Shown here: positions 8,907-18,078 of the stretch, piece after piece
How positions within the stretch are numbered: position 1 is the first letter of the stretch
Layout of the letters: the number at the start of each line of letters is the position of its first letter
IMG/VR virus record: IMGVR_UViG_3300047157_000137
Span: 5,681-69,680 of that record
DNA from: a virus
DNA length: 64,000 bases
Reading direction: 5' to 3' (one strand)
The notes under the pieces: model-generated
What the model saw: only the letters and a program-made list of their open reading frames with translations
Databases searched by the model: none
Told to the model about the DNA's origin: nothing
Program-made: the position numbers and the translations under genes

Positions 8907-9554
8907 TTATGTTATTTTATCGTTATACAAATGTAAGTTATGTGCGAAATGGTAATAAGTACCGATCTCATATCCTGTCCTCTCTGAGACCAATTTTTGT
9001 AACATTGAAAAACAATATTGATCGTTACAGAAACCGTACCAGAGGTCGTTAGAACGCATCACAACTGACATGTTTAGCTTATTGTTTAATACTGTAAACT
9101 GAACTGCATAAGTACACGGCGTGTCTTTAGCATACCAGTGATGTTCTTTACCATCGTATATACTTATTGCTGCGTGTCTAGTGTTAGGATTATCTTTAAG
9201 CTTTGCAACTACATAATCTAATTGGTAGTTACGTTCCCATTGATGACCATAATTAGATCTTACCTCGTTGTTACCGTCAACCATTCGTTGCCATATCTCA
9301 GGTACTTTACCATATATATCTCCTAACTTATCTACGTTAGGATTCCCTGACAAGTACCATTGCCATTCAGCTTCAGCATATGTATGATTCCATTTTCTGT
9401 TTTTAGCCAATATATGATTATCCATAGGGTTTTTAATATAAAAGCCTACGTTAAATAAAGCTTTTGTATTATCAAAATCTATACCATCAAACATTATTGT
9501 TGGATAAAAATAATTAAATGCATCACTTGCTGTTTGAAATTTTGTTTTTATCAT
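8907..9554 (-). CDS. Thymidylate synthase superfamily enzyme, probable dCMP hydroxymethylase/methylase
   Basis: DTPCTYAVQF catalytic Cys; MRSNDLWYGFCND with Asp at the E. coli ThyA Asn177 position; HFAHNLHLY. Confidence 0.8.
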   Translation of the reverse strand: MIKTKFQTASDAFNYFYPTIMFDGIDFDNTKALFNVGFYIKNPMDNHILAKNRKWNHTYAEAEWQWYLSGNPNVDKLGDIYGKVPEIWQRMVDGNNEVRSNYGHQWERNYQLDYVVAKLKDNPNTRHAAISIYDGKEHHWYAKDTPCTYAVQFTVLNNKLNMSVVMRSNDLWYGFCNDQYCFSMLQKLVSERTGYEIGTYYHFAHNLHLYNDKIT

Positions 9555-9810
9555 AATAAAATCTATATAATTCGAATATTTTTTCGTTTAATTGTTTGCC
9601 ATTATATTTAAATGGTGATCGTTTTTTAGCTCCATTAACCTCTACATCGATCCACCAGTAGTAATTATCTTGTTCATTACTTGCTGCCCATGGAGATATT
9701 TTAACACCATTGTTTATACACCATCTATATGCCTCTGTATTTTCATCAGTCCATTCAGGACCCAAGATGTTTACCTTCTTCTTACGCCAAGCCGCACTCA
9801 TTAATCCCAA
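9523..9810 (-). CDS. Hypothetical protein
   Basis: ORF coupled between primase-helicase and the TS-family gene. Confidence 0.6.
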   Translation of the reverse strand: MGLMSAAWRKKKVNILGPEWTDENTEAYRWCINNGVKISPWAASNEQDNYYWWIDVEVNGAKKRSPFKYNGKQLNEKIFELYRFYYDKNKISNSK

Positions 9811-11525
9811 GGCATTGATTCCTCTTCTAACTCAGCCATTTGATGAGGTATGAAACAACCTGATTTATGTTCCCATTTAAAATGAGCTTCAGCTCCATTT
9901 TCACCGAGGTTTTGAAACTTTACTTTAAGTACTTTTGCTTTAACTGTTTTAGCCTCGTAATCTCTATGGACCAGTATACCATGATAACTTGCATCGTACC
10001 ATTCACCACCGCCTTTAATGTTATACATAGTAGGTTCTTCAATTTTTCCATCTTTATCTTTATACATTTTAGTTGGATGAGCAACAATAAATACTAGTAC
10101 ATCATATTTCTTTGCAAAGGTTTCAATCTTAGTTAGATATTCCATCGTGTAACGATTTACATCCTCAGTCTTACAATCAACGTCTCTAATCTTATTAAAT
10201 GGATCTATAACAAGACATTTAATACCTTTACGTTTAACAAGTTCAGCACCCTTACGCAATACAGATTCAAGAGTATAACGTTCCATGTCTATAAAGAAAA
10301 AGTTATCATTAACGTGATCAGCAACTTGATTCCATTTGTCTGTACCTATATCATTACGTGTTGGCATGTCTTGCCAAACTTTTCTCATTAGTTTATGAGC
10401 ATGTAAGTATGTAGGTGCATTCTCAGGCGATGCAAACGCTGTTTTCCATTGGTAATTGTTATTATAACCAACTACCATCTGATCAACGAAATCTGACTTT
10501 CCGCTAGATGGTATGCCAGTAACAGTGATAAACTGGCCAGTATAAGTACTAAAAATATTGTCAAAGTTAGGTATGCCAATTTGATACCCACGCTTGAAGC
10601 CATTTTTAACAAAGTCTGTAATTTCATCTTCTATATCTTTAAATGTTGTGACGTTTTCTAATGGAACAGGTCTTGATTTTATAATACGCTCAGACAAAGC
10701 TTCTTTACCGTATTTAATTAAGTAATCATTTGCATCCTTACATTCTTCAAAAGTTGCTAAGAAACAAACTTCAGCACCAAGACGTCTTATTAACTCTTGT
10801 TGTAAAGCTTGACCAGGTTCATCATTATCAACTGCAAGTATTATTTTTTCTTTATCTTCAAAATAATCTATACAGTTATCTAAATAATCTAAGTTGTTAG
10901 AATTTAACGTCGCACCATTAGGTACAGATATAGCGTTTTTAATTCCAGCTTCATGTAAAGCTAGTACATCCATCTCACCTTCAGTTATAACACACTCTTT
11001 ATAACCTATTATACTATTTATATTATAAAATACTTTTTCAGCACCTTTATATAACTTAAAGTTTTTACGGCCATCTCTGTATTTAACATTGATAAGCTCA
11101 TCACCCATTATATAATTAAACTGAATTGTATTCTCGGACTTGCCGGTCTGTGGCATAAACTCAGGACCCTCTGTGACCATAAGATCGTCGAGGGTTGACT
11201 GAGATATTCCACGTGACTCAAACCATTTAAAGACCTTAGACGTTATTTGTTTTGGGTCTACAACGTTTAACGAATCAGGACGTATATATGTCTTCTCAGA
11301 CGATCCTTTACGTTGATACGTATGTAATTGAAATGATGAATCACAATGATGACAAGTACCCAAACCACGTTCCCAATCATAACTAGCACATTTAGCCTTT
11401 TGATTTTTAGGTTTCCTATCATGTGAACACAGGGGACAAATCCCCTGCGTTTTTCCTACATCTAGTTTATGTTGGTTAAACTGGTCGATTAAAAATCCAT
11501 TAATCTCCGTGTTGTTTACTTGCAT
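9801..11525 (-). CDS. Primase-helicase (T7 gp4/Twinkle-like)
   Basis: Zn finger CPLC...CHHC; TOPRIM ITEGEMD and AVDND; Walker A GIPSSGKS; LVIDP; VAHP. Confidence 0.92.
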   Translation of the reverse strand: MQVNNTEINGFLIDQFNQHKLDVGKTQGICPLCSHDRKPKNQKAKCASYDWERGLGTCHHCDSSFQLHTYQRKGSSEKTYIRPDSLNVVDPKQITSKVFKWFESRGISQSTLDDLMVTEGPEFMPQTGKSENTIQFNYIMGDELINVKYRDGRKNFKLYKGAEKVFYNINSIIGYKECVITEGEMDVLALHEAGIKNAISVPNGATLNSNNLDYLDNCIDYFEDKEKIILAVDNDEPGQALQQELIRRLGAEVCFLATFEECKDANDYLIKYGKEALSERIIKSRPVPLENVTTFKDIEDEITDFVKNGFKRGYQIGIPNFDNIFSTYTGQFITVTGIPSSGKSDFVDQMVVGYNNNYQWKTAFASPENAPTYLHAHKLMRKVWQDMPTRNDIGTDKWNQVADHVNDNFFFIDMERYTLESVLRKGAELVKRKGIKCLVIDPFNKIRDVDCKTEDVNRYTMEYLTKIETFAKKYDVLVFIVAHPTKMYKDKDGKIEEPTMYNIKGGGEWYDASYHGILVHRDYEAKTVKAKVLKVKFQNLGENGAEAHFKWEHKSGCFIPHQMAELEEESMPWD

Positions 11526-11535
11526 GTATTACTAT

Positions 11536-11844
11536 TTAAAATGGTAAATCATCTTCGATTGCTGCAGCTGCTACAGGCGGTGCTGCTTGCTGCTGTGGGT
11601 TATCGAACTTTTTAACTTCTCCGTTGGTCCATACTAATTTTACATTACCTAAGTATGTCTTTGCTTCTTTCGCTGTACGTTCTTCTTTACTTTGCGATAC
11701 AATGACTGGACCCTGATTACCGAACTGATCAAGCTCATCGTTAAGAGTAATACTGATAGGTAAGTATTTACCTTTCTTACCAATGATGATCTTGTCTTTA
11801 GGTATTTCATTTAGGTTAATGCTTGCTGCTAATATTAATGCCAT
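11536..11844 (-). CDS. Putative single-stranded DNA-binding protein
   Basis: Acidic C-terminal DDLPF tail after an Ala/Pro linker; located next to the primase-helicase. Confidence 0.7.
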   Translation of the reverse strand: MALILAASINLNEIPKDKIIIGKKGKYLPISITLNDELDQFGNQGPVIVSQSKEERTAKEAKTYLGNVKLVWTNGEVKKFDNPQQQAAPPVAAAAIEDDLPF

Positions 11845-12047
11845 TATGCTGTTGTATTAAATAGGTTTGTGAACATAGTTCTAAGATCTGCTGCATTTAC
11901 ACCAGTTCTTCTTCTGAAATTATCTGCTTTCTTAGCATATGGGTGCAAGCCATCTACAGTTGTATTGTTCTTGTAAAATTCAGTTACAGGAAAGTTCATT
12001 CCAGTCATTGCACATTGTTTTGTTGTTACTTTTCTTTTTCTTGCCAT
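11844..12047 (-). CDS. Small basic protein with a degenerate zinc-ribbon-like motif
   Basis: KQCAMTG...PVTEFYK...DGLHPYAK. Confidence 0.5.
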   Translation of the reverse strand: MARKRKVTTKQCAMTGMNFPVTEFYKNNTTVDGLHPYAKKADNFRRRTGVNAADLRTMFTNLFNTTA

Positions 12048-12059
12048 AATAAAATAAAA

Positions 12060-12788
12060 TTAAAGGGTTTTACTAATAAAATATTGTTTCGGATCGAAAC
12101 TGTCTGTCTTATAAAACAGATCGTAAGCCTCACAGGCTCTTTTAACCTTGTCCTGCCCAGTTTCATAAAACTGAGGTGAACAGTCATAAATACCTATTTG
12201 ATGTGTTTTTTTGTCTATAACAATAAACATAAATTCATAACCAAATAAGCTACTATAAATAAAAGCTTGACTATCGTAATTGTATTTAGAAGCTGAGTAT
12301 CTAAATTTAGTAAGATCGGCTGTAGTCTTCAAATCAATGATTAACTTTTCATCGTGATTAACTATGTCAGCTTTACCTTTCCACATTTGTCCTTCAAGTT
12401 CTGTAATACCAGGTTGTTCATATTCAACGTTACCTGTTATTAAACTTTTACATACATCATTACTCATGATCTTGTCTCTCATTAATTCTATAGAGTCAAC
12501 TTCATGTTGTAGTAGACATAACTCTCCTCCAGCTATATCTTTATAAGCTTTAGTATTTCTAGTAGACGATTTCACAACCTTATACTTTTCAAGCTTGTTT
12601 GGCTCTAGTATAGCTGTGTGAAAATAACCACCGACTAAAAATGCAGCCGATGGTGGTGACTGTTGTCCAAGTGCTAAAGGGTTGTTTAACAAAGCTGATA
12701 TGTCTGAGTTACTAAGGTATTGTTTACCAAAGTCGCCATAGTAATGCTCATCAATTTTAAGCTTATCTAACACCTCTTGTTTAGTCAT
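12060..12788 (-). CDS. RecE/exonuclease VIII-like PD-(D/E)XK exonuclease
   Basis: LSNSDI, FHTAILEP, KGKAD, IIDLKTT and YDSQAFIY motifs. Confidence 0.8.
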   Translation of the reverse strand: MTKQEVLDKLKIDEHYYGDFGKQYLSNSDISALLNNPLALGQQSPPSAAFLVGGYFHTAILEPNKLEKYKVVKSSTRNTKAYKDIAGGELCLLQHEVDSIELMRDKIMSNDVCKSLITGNVEYEQPGITELEGQMWKGKADIVNHDEKLIIDLKTTADLTKFRYSASKYNYDSQAFIYSSLFGYEFMFIVIDKKTHQIGIYDCSPQFYETGQDKVKRACEAYDLFYKTDSFDPKQYFISKTL

Positions 12789-12789
12789 A

Positions 12790-13296
12790 CTATAATGTTA
12801 TTTGTTTTTCTATTTCAGGAGTTACATTATATTTCTTTTTGATAGCATCGAGCTTTCCACCGGCTTGTACAAAGTCTTTAGCTTTTTGTATAGCTGCTTT
12901 GTTCATAGGTAAACCATTGGTTGCATCAGCATCTTTGGTATCATCAATTAGGAATAAGTTACCTAATGCATATTTCTTCCCATAACTTGAAGCAGTACCG
13001 AACTGTTGTGGTGTCTGCATACCTTTTTGATTAAGATCAACACCAACTAACGCTGTAGCAGGTATTGTATTTTCTCCATCAGATATAGTAGCACAACTTT
13101 CAATAATAGGCACAGGACTAGTCTCAACTAAGTTTTCATTAATTGTTACTGTTACTCCTAATTCTAATAAATAGGGTTTTGTTGCTTCAAGGATGTCTTC
13201 GGCGGAGCGGAAGTAATATTTGCCGAATGAGTTAAATCTACTTTTCTTCGATTTAAATTTTGTCTGGATCGTAGCCAGCTTTTGGTTTAAGGTCAT
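12790..13296 (-). CDS. ERF-family single-strand annealing protein
   Basis: FNSFGKYYFRSAEDIL; QQFGTASSYGKKYALGNLFLIDD. Confidence 0.88.
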   Translation of the reverse strand: MTLNQKLATIQTKFKSKKSRFNSFGKYYFRSAEDILEATKPYLLELGVTVTINENLVETSPVPIIESCATISDGENTIPATALVGVDLNQKGMQTPQQFGTASSYGKKYALGNLFLIDDTKDADATNGLPMNKAAIQKAKDFVQAGGKLDAIKKKYNVTPEIEKQITL

Positions 13297-13302
13297 AGTT
13301 AT

Positions 13303-13330
13303 ATAATTACATGTTAAATTTAAGTTTTAC
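13303..13330 (-). promoter_or_regulatory. Class II promoter-like motif GTAA-N16-GTAATTAT
   Basis: Same spacing as copies at 21864, 35653 and 60501; ATG of the ERF gene lies 6 nt downstream. Confidence 0.55.
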
Positions 13331-13339
13331 AAGAGTAAA

Positions 13340-14107
13340 CTACAGGTAGTCAAGCACTTGCGAGTGATCTACGTTATCAATTAGTTTATCTACAGCTTGT
13401 TTTTTAAGCTCTGAAACACGTACATAAGCACTGCTTCCTTCGATCTTTAAAATGTCTGCAATTTTATTAGCCGAATGTTTTTCACAGTCTAATCCATAGC
13501 TTAATCTTAAGACCTCATATTCTTTTTCGTTTAAATGAGTTTTTAATAAACCAGTTAAATAAACGTTTAATAAACCTATATTATAAGGCTCTGATTTATC
13601 TGCAATTTGATAGATCATAGACTCTTCATCATCTGCATGTTTGGGTTTGTCATCAATAGATAAAAACATACTATTAAAAAACATAGCAACCATCTTTTGA
13701 TCTTTACCGTTGTTTTTGCGTATTTCATTAAGTTTGTGCTCAGGTATTCTTATGTCTCCTCTGTTTGTATCAACAGCACGTCTTATGCCACCTTTAATAC
13801 GTTTAGATAAAAATGATTTTAATGTTTTTTCTTGATCGTTTGATTCACCTAATCTTACCCAGTCTATTTTTCTAATAGCTTTAGTTAAGCTTAAATTACC
13901 TTCTTGTATAAGATCATTAATACTCATTACACCTGATGCTTGTTGTGTTGTAGAAAATTTACGAGCTATGTTTTCTACTAAAAGCATAAACTTCCATTGC
14001 AATTGTTCTTGACTTAAATATTGAATATCAATATCCTCTATCTTTTTTAATTGTATTAACAAATCATTTTTATAACGAATATAGTTAGGTATATTATATT
14101 TTTTCAT
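13340..14107 (-). CDS. Phage-encoded sigma70-family RNA polymerase sigma factor
   Basis: Region 2 LVENIARKF...DLIQEGNLSL; IRIPEHK; region 4 LNEKEYEVLRLSYGL...IADIL...RVSELKKQA. Confidence 0.88.
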   Translation of the reverse strand: MKKYNIPNYIRYKNDLLIQLKKIEDIDIQYLSQEQLQWKFMLLVENIARKFSTTQQASGVMSINDLIQEGNLSLTKAIRKIDWVRLGESNDQEKTLKSFLSKRIKGGIRRAVDTNRGDIRIPEHKLNEIRKNNGKDQKMVAMFFNSMFLSIDDKPKHADDEESMIYQIADKSEPYNIGLLNVYLTGLLKTHLNEKEYEVLRLSYGLDCEKHSANKIADILKIEGSSAYVRVSELKKQAVDKLIDNVDHSQVLDYL

Positions 14108-14735
14108 TTTCTTGATTTAAAAGTTCTTTTTCTTTTTTAAGTTCATAGCTCATATTTCTATGTATAGTTCTAGCAGAACAATCTAATAGGCCTGCAAGTC
14201 TGTTTATAGTTATTCTTTTACCCATGTCATTTATATCTAACATGCATTGATAAATATCATCTTCGTGTATTCTTTTTGATCTACCTATTAATTGACCTAC
14301 GATCGTTAGTTTTTGTGACAGATCTAAAGGGCAATTGTCATTAAATATAACTTTTCTTAATTTATTTTTAGGGGGTTCTTCAAGATCACACATACTTACA
14401 TCATATATTATTCTTTTAAGTAATTCTGGAGGTATATCAAACGCAATAAATCCATAATTATAATTAGCTATTGTTTCCGCAAGCTTTGTAAACTCATTCA
14501 TGTCTAGTTGTGGGTTTAAATACCACAAGACTAACAAATGCCATTTTAATGATTTGTATGTAGTAATTTTAGCTTTACTACGAAACAGATCATAACATTC
14601 ATAAGTACCTTCTTCATAAAATTTACCGTACTCAAACTCTAATGTAGGTTTATCTGTTATTGGATTACGTCTGTATACAATCCGCCTCTTGTTTAAATAA
14701 TATAAATAACGCGGTATTGTTACGTAATGTGACAT
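14094..14735 (-). CDS. DNA-binding protein with C-terminal helix-turn-helix
   Basis: ITINRLAGLLDCSARTIHRNM HTH. Confidence 0.6.
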   Translation of the reverse strand: MSHYVTIPRYLYYLNKRRIVYRRNPITDKPTLEFEYGKFYEEGTYECYDLFRSKAKITTYKSLKWHLLVLWYLNPQLDMNEFTKLAETIANYNYGFIAFDIPPELLKRIIYDVSMCDLEEPPKNKLRKVIFNDNCPLDLSQKLTIVGQLIGRSKRIHEDDIYQCMLDINDMGKRITINRLAGLLDCSARTIHRNMSYELKKEKELLNQENEKI

Positions 14736-14772
14736 TAGCCTCTTACTCTTTTAGTCTTAGACCTATTGTCAC
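14729..14772. repeat. Inverted repeat GTGACA...TGTCAC overlapping the start of the HTH gene
   Basis: Arms GTGACATTAGCCT and (rc) GTGACAATAGGTC; matches the element at 21790..21834. Confidence 0.55.
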
Positions 14773-14846
14773 GTTTAGGTTTTTGAAATGCTTTAACTTT
14801 ATCTGAAATGTTAAAAACATTAGTTTTTATTAAATGCTTTATTTGT

Positions 14847-15194
14847 TTACTTGTACTCATATAATTTAATTTTAACATTAGTCCATTTACCTCCCTTCAT
14901 TGTCTCGTCGACCAGGAAGTCTATTCTGTTAGTCCATCTTTTATTCATTCTATCTCTTATGACCCAAAGGCCATTCATATCACCTGCATTGCTAACAACA
15001 ACTACAGTATTCATTTTAAAACCTTTAGCTTCAAGATCCCGAGATACAGCAATTATTCTGTGTATCTCAGGGTTGTTCATATTGATTTTAAAATTTGTAG
15101 CTGTTCTATCAGGCGTACTGTCTGTCTGAGACGGTGTTGCGTGATATATCGTAGCGGTCACAGTCAAAAGGGTACTTAGTATAAGGTTTTTCAT
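14847..15194 (-). CDS. 3D-domain (MltA/RlpA-like) cell-wall protein
   Basis: VTATIY...QTDSTP..TA, IAVSRD, IRD and RIDF conserved aspartate motifs; hydrophobic N-terminus. Confidence 0.75.
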   Translation of the reverse strand: MKNLILSTLLTVTATIYHATPSQTDSTPDRTATNFKINMNNPEIHRIIAVSRDLEAKGFKMNTVVVVSNAGDMNGLWVIRDRMNKRWTNRIDFLVDETMKGGKWTNVKIKLYEYK

Positions 15195-15645
15195 TTTTAT
15201 TAATTATAGTTTTCTTATCATTAATATAGTAATTCCAATAAGCTTTAACAGAATTACCTTCAACTTTATATTCATCAGGCATACATTGTGGCGGTTGTGT
15301 AAAACCGGTATGTAATATACCACCTGGATATTTAGCTAATGGTTTTTTACATTTAGTAATACTCATATGTATTTTACCATAACGCTTAGTATACTCATCG
15401 CCAAGTGCAAGCATGTAATGGTATAGCCAATAATAGTTTTGACCAGACTGTCTAGCCCATATGGTAGACGGATGATTTACATGCGCTTTCTTATAAGGTA
15501 TATCCTCACATTCATAATCGAGGTTATACATGCGATGAGCGGTACATAGCATTTGTGCTGCTTCGAGTATCATCTTAACTTTATGTTTGTCATAATGATA
15601 AGCGGCAGCTTCATAAGGGTCAGGGTGTAAATAAAATATATTCAT
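15109..15645 (-). CDS. Pyrimidine-dimer DNA glycosylase family protein
   Basis: MNIFYL...DKHxVKMILEAAQMLCTAH, HVNHPSTIW, EYTKRYGKIH, PPQCMPD. Confidence 0.8.
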   Translation of the reverse strand: MNIFYLHPDPYEAAAYHYDKHKVKMILEAAQMLCTAHRMYNLDYECEDIPYKKAHVNHPSTIWARQSGQNYYWLYHYMLALGDEYTKRYGKIHMSITKCKKPLAKYPGGILHTGFTQPPQCMPDEYKVEGNSVKAYWNYYINDKKTIINKNEKPYTKYPFDCDRYDISRNTVSDRQYA

Positions 15646-15735
15646 GTCTTATTTACTCTGTTATAATGTTGATCAAGTAGCATATTGGCAACTTCTATGC
15701 TGATCATATTGTCGTTATACAATTGCCATACTAGC

Positions 15736-16590
15736 TTACTCATAGTTACGAATAGTTTTAAACAATGGGTGTCTGTAACTACCGTACTGAGTACGTTCGA
15801 AATAAGTAAACGTAGCTCGTTTGCCTATGTAGTCATGAATATTTTTAAGTATATTAGCTAGATCTTTGTAGTTGTAGCCTTTACCTGGAGGACAACCAAA
15901 CTCTATACCATCATCATCTTGCATTAGAAACTTGCCAAGAGTACCTTCACGTTTACCTTTGCCGATTTCGTAACCTATAATTGTAGCTTCGGTGTCATTA
16001 AAGTCTTTAAACTTTTGTAAGTTGTAAGATCGTTTTTGCTGATAAGGTTTGTCTAGACGTAGTATAGAGCCTTCGTAACCGTTATTTAGATTATACTGAT
16101 GTCTTAATTTTGCAGAGTCTTTAGAATTAACTAGAGTAGTTTCTACGTATTTGATACATAGTTGTACATATCAGAACAAGCTAGTTGATCAGATCTGTAA
16201 CTGTAAGGCTTGTCCATAACTGTTTCTATATAATCATAGCAATGAAACTGTATTAGCCTCTCAGCTTCAGCTTTATCAGCATCAGTTGGTTTTTGTTTTC
16301 TAACTAATGATATAATCTTTTCGAAAGTCATCTTTAAGATCATGGTTGTATAATTCACCGTCGAGTACGACATCTACATTAGCATAGTCAAAGAAAAATT
16401 TGTTTAACGATAGTTTAATGTGTTCAAGATTGTGAAATTCTTTACCTGTACGTGAGAAACATCTGATGTTTTCTTTGTCGTCGACGTATATAACACACCT
16501 TACGCCGTCAAGCTTAGGTTGAATGTATACTTTCTCGGACCAGTCGACAGGTTTTTTGTCTACTTTGTATGCGAGCATTGGTTTAATCAT
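15736..16590 (-). pseudogene. lig: ATP-dependent DNA ligase interrupted by two compensating indels (likely sequence error)
   Basis: QPKLDGVR and DGELY in the first frame; FHCYD in the +1 frame; GYEGSILR, LQKFK and OB-fold RHP back in the first frame; extra base near 16325, missing base near 16158. Confidence 0.85.
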
Positions 16591-16859
16591 AATTTATCTA
16601 TTTTATTTTGAATTTTAGTTATTTTATTTTTCATTATCTCAGCTTTTTCATACTCTTCATCATCAATAAATTTGTTTTGAAGTGTACATAATCTGCCGAG
16701 TTCATCTTGTAGTATTTCACGTTCAGACAATTTACCTTCATATATAGGCTCGTCTTCTACGTATTTAACACCATAAGTTGCTGTTTCAGGGTTAATAAAT
16801 TCCTGATATAGATCGAATTTAATTCTATCTAATAGTTTTTGATATTGTCTTTCTGTCAT
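16587..16859 (-). CDS. Hypothetical protein with C-terminal UVR-like motif
   Basis: FIDDEEYEKAEIMKNKI resembles a UvrB/C coiled-coil motif. Confidence 0.55.
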   Translation of the reverse strand: MTERQYQKLLDRIKFDLYQEFINPETATYGVKYVEDEPIYEGKLSEREILQDELGRLCTLQNKFIDDEEYEKAEIMKNKITKIQNKIDKL

Positions 16860-17032
16860 TAGTAATTTAATTTTTTAGGATTAGCTAAAAAGTATCTTAC
16901 ATCAGATAGTTGTTCTTCTAACGTTTCAATACGTACTAACATTTGTTTTAACGTGTATTTTTCACCGTCCATATGTGATTTAACACCACCTGTAAGGTTA
17001 CCTATATCCATAATTATATCTTGTTTAAACAT
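16859..17032 (-). CDS. Hypothetical protein (start revised to MFKQDII)
   Basis: ATG lies 6 nt after the promoter motif; the longer ORF-track start lies inside the motif. Confidence 0.6.
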   Translation of the reverse strand: MFKQDIIMDIGNLTGGVKSHMDGEKYTLKQMLVRIETLEEQLSDVRYFLANPKKLNY

Positions 17033-17038
17033 ATTATT

Positions 17039-17069
17039 ATTATCCATTGTCTATCGTATTTAGTTTGTA
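17039..17069 (-). promoter_or_regulatory. Class I (early) promoter-like repeat TACAAACTAAATAC-N10-GGATAAT
   Basis: One of six copies with identical spacing. Confidence 0.8.
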
Positions 17070-17554
17070 ATTTTAGTTCTATTTACTGCATCAGTTTCTA
17101 CTAAAAACTTTTCAGTCCAGTCAGTATAACCCATGTTTCTTTGCTTATACCTGTGTATAAGTTTGTCAGGTGTACCGACAAATTCACATACGTTATTGTA
17201 CTGATTATAAGCGCTTAACCATACGTCAGACTTACCTGTCCATATAATCCACGTGTACTCATGATCTACAGAGTCAACATTAGGATATAAGTATTGACTA
17301 TTGTAATGAAAGTCGTATACTAAATGTGATGCTATTCTTGAGCCATCACCAAAGTTTTTAAAACCTCTATATTCTTGCATGTGATTAATCCAGTTTGCAA
17401 GCTCTATACCTCTCCACTCAGGATAGCCATCATGGTGTAGATACATGTGAATATAAGATTTGTCACTAACAAGTTGAGGTTTAAGTGCAAAACCTGCTTC
17501 GTGATCTTCTGCGTATGATCTATCAACGACCATTGTCATGTTTCTTGTACTCAT
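17060..17554 (-). CDS. Phage hypothetical protein with YxHxDGYP motif
   Basis: MSTR N-terminus; YLHHDGYPEWRG; DHEYTW. Confidence 0.7.
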   Translation of the reverse strand: MSTRNMTMVVDRSYAEDHEAGFALKPQLVSDKSYIHMYLHHDGYPEWRGIELANWINHMQEYRGFKNFGDGSRIASHLVYDFHYNSQYLYPNVDSVDHEYTWIIWTGKSDVWLSAYNQYNNVCEFVGTPDKLIHRYKQRNMGYTDWTEKFLVETDAVNRTKITN

Positions 17555-17715
17555 TATACTAATTCTTCACCTATGCTGACTATTTCAGCGATTATTAATA
17601 CTACTACGCCTAATGGTATAGATGACATTAGGATACTAAAGCCCATGACTCTGATCATAGACTTGAACACACTCACTTTAAAATGAGGTGTAAACTTGTC
17701 TTTTAATTTATTCAT
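17554..17715 (-). CDS. Small membrane protein (53 aa, not in ORF track)
   Basis: MNKLKDKFTPHFKVSVFKSMIRVMGFSILMSSIPLGVVVLIIAEIVSIGEELV; coupled stop/start. Confidence 0.6.
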   Translation of the reverse strand: MNKLKDKFTPHFKVSVFKSMIRVMGFSILMSSIPLGVVVLIIAEIVSIGEELV

Positions 17716-17734
17716 ATTTAATTATTAATGTTAG

Positions 17735-17807
17735 TTGCGGCGGATAGATTCGAACTACCGACCTTCGGGTTATGAGCCCGACGAGCTGACCACTGCTCCA
17801 CGCCGCA
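17735..17807 (-). tRNA. tRNA-Met(CAT), initiator type
   Basis: TGCGGCG/CGCCGCA acceptor stem; D arm GAGC-AGTGGTCA-GCTC; anticodon arm TCGGG-CTCATAA-CCCGA with three G-C pairs; TTCGAAT T loop; CCA not encoded. Confidence 0.95.
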
Positions 17808-17811
17808 TTTT

Positions 17812-18078
17812 TTAGTCTAATAAAACCATATAAGCTTTTATATTGTGTTTTCTAAACCAATCTAAACCTTTTCTAAGGTCTTTTTGAATAGCAACAGAGT
17901 TAGGATTAAATATTCCTGACATTTCTAAAGTCATAGTTGCACCCATTATAAAGTCATACATGCTTAGTTCTAAGTTTGTTAGCTTGTATGTTTCGCCTGA
18001 AAAACGGTTTTCTACTGTATCTCCGTCTTTGTAAGTTGTTCCATTGAACCATTTAGGTAATTGTGTTTTGTTGTTCAT
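17812..18078 (-). CDS. Hypothetical protein
   Basis: 88-aa ORF in the early operon, ending AYMVLLD. Confidence 0.65.
   Translation of the reverse strand: MNNKTQLPKWFNGTTYKDGDTVENRFSGETYKLTNLELSMYDFIMGATMTLEMSGIFNPNSVAIQKDLRKGLDWFRKHNIKAYMVLLD

Noticed and set aside
8907-9554. Annotation as canonical thymidylate synthase thyA
   Set aside because: The specificity residue equivalent to ThyA Asn177 is Asp and the PFN motif is absent
14735-14860. Short ORF MSTSKQIKH upstream of the HTH gene
   Set aside because: Probably real, but its end is ambiguous (one more A in CAAAA would give a TAATG-coupled stop), consistent with a homopolymer error; not called
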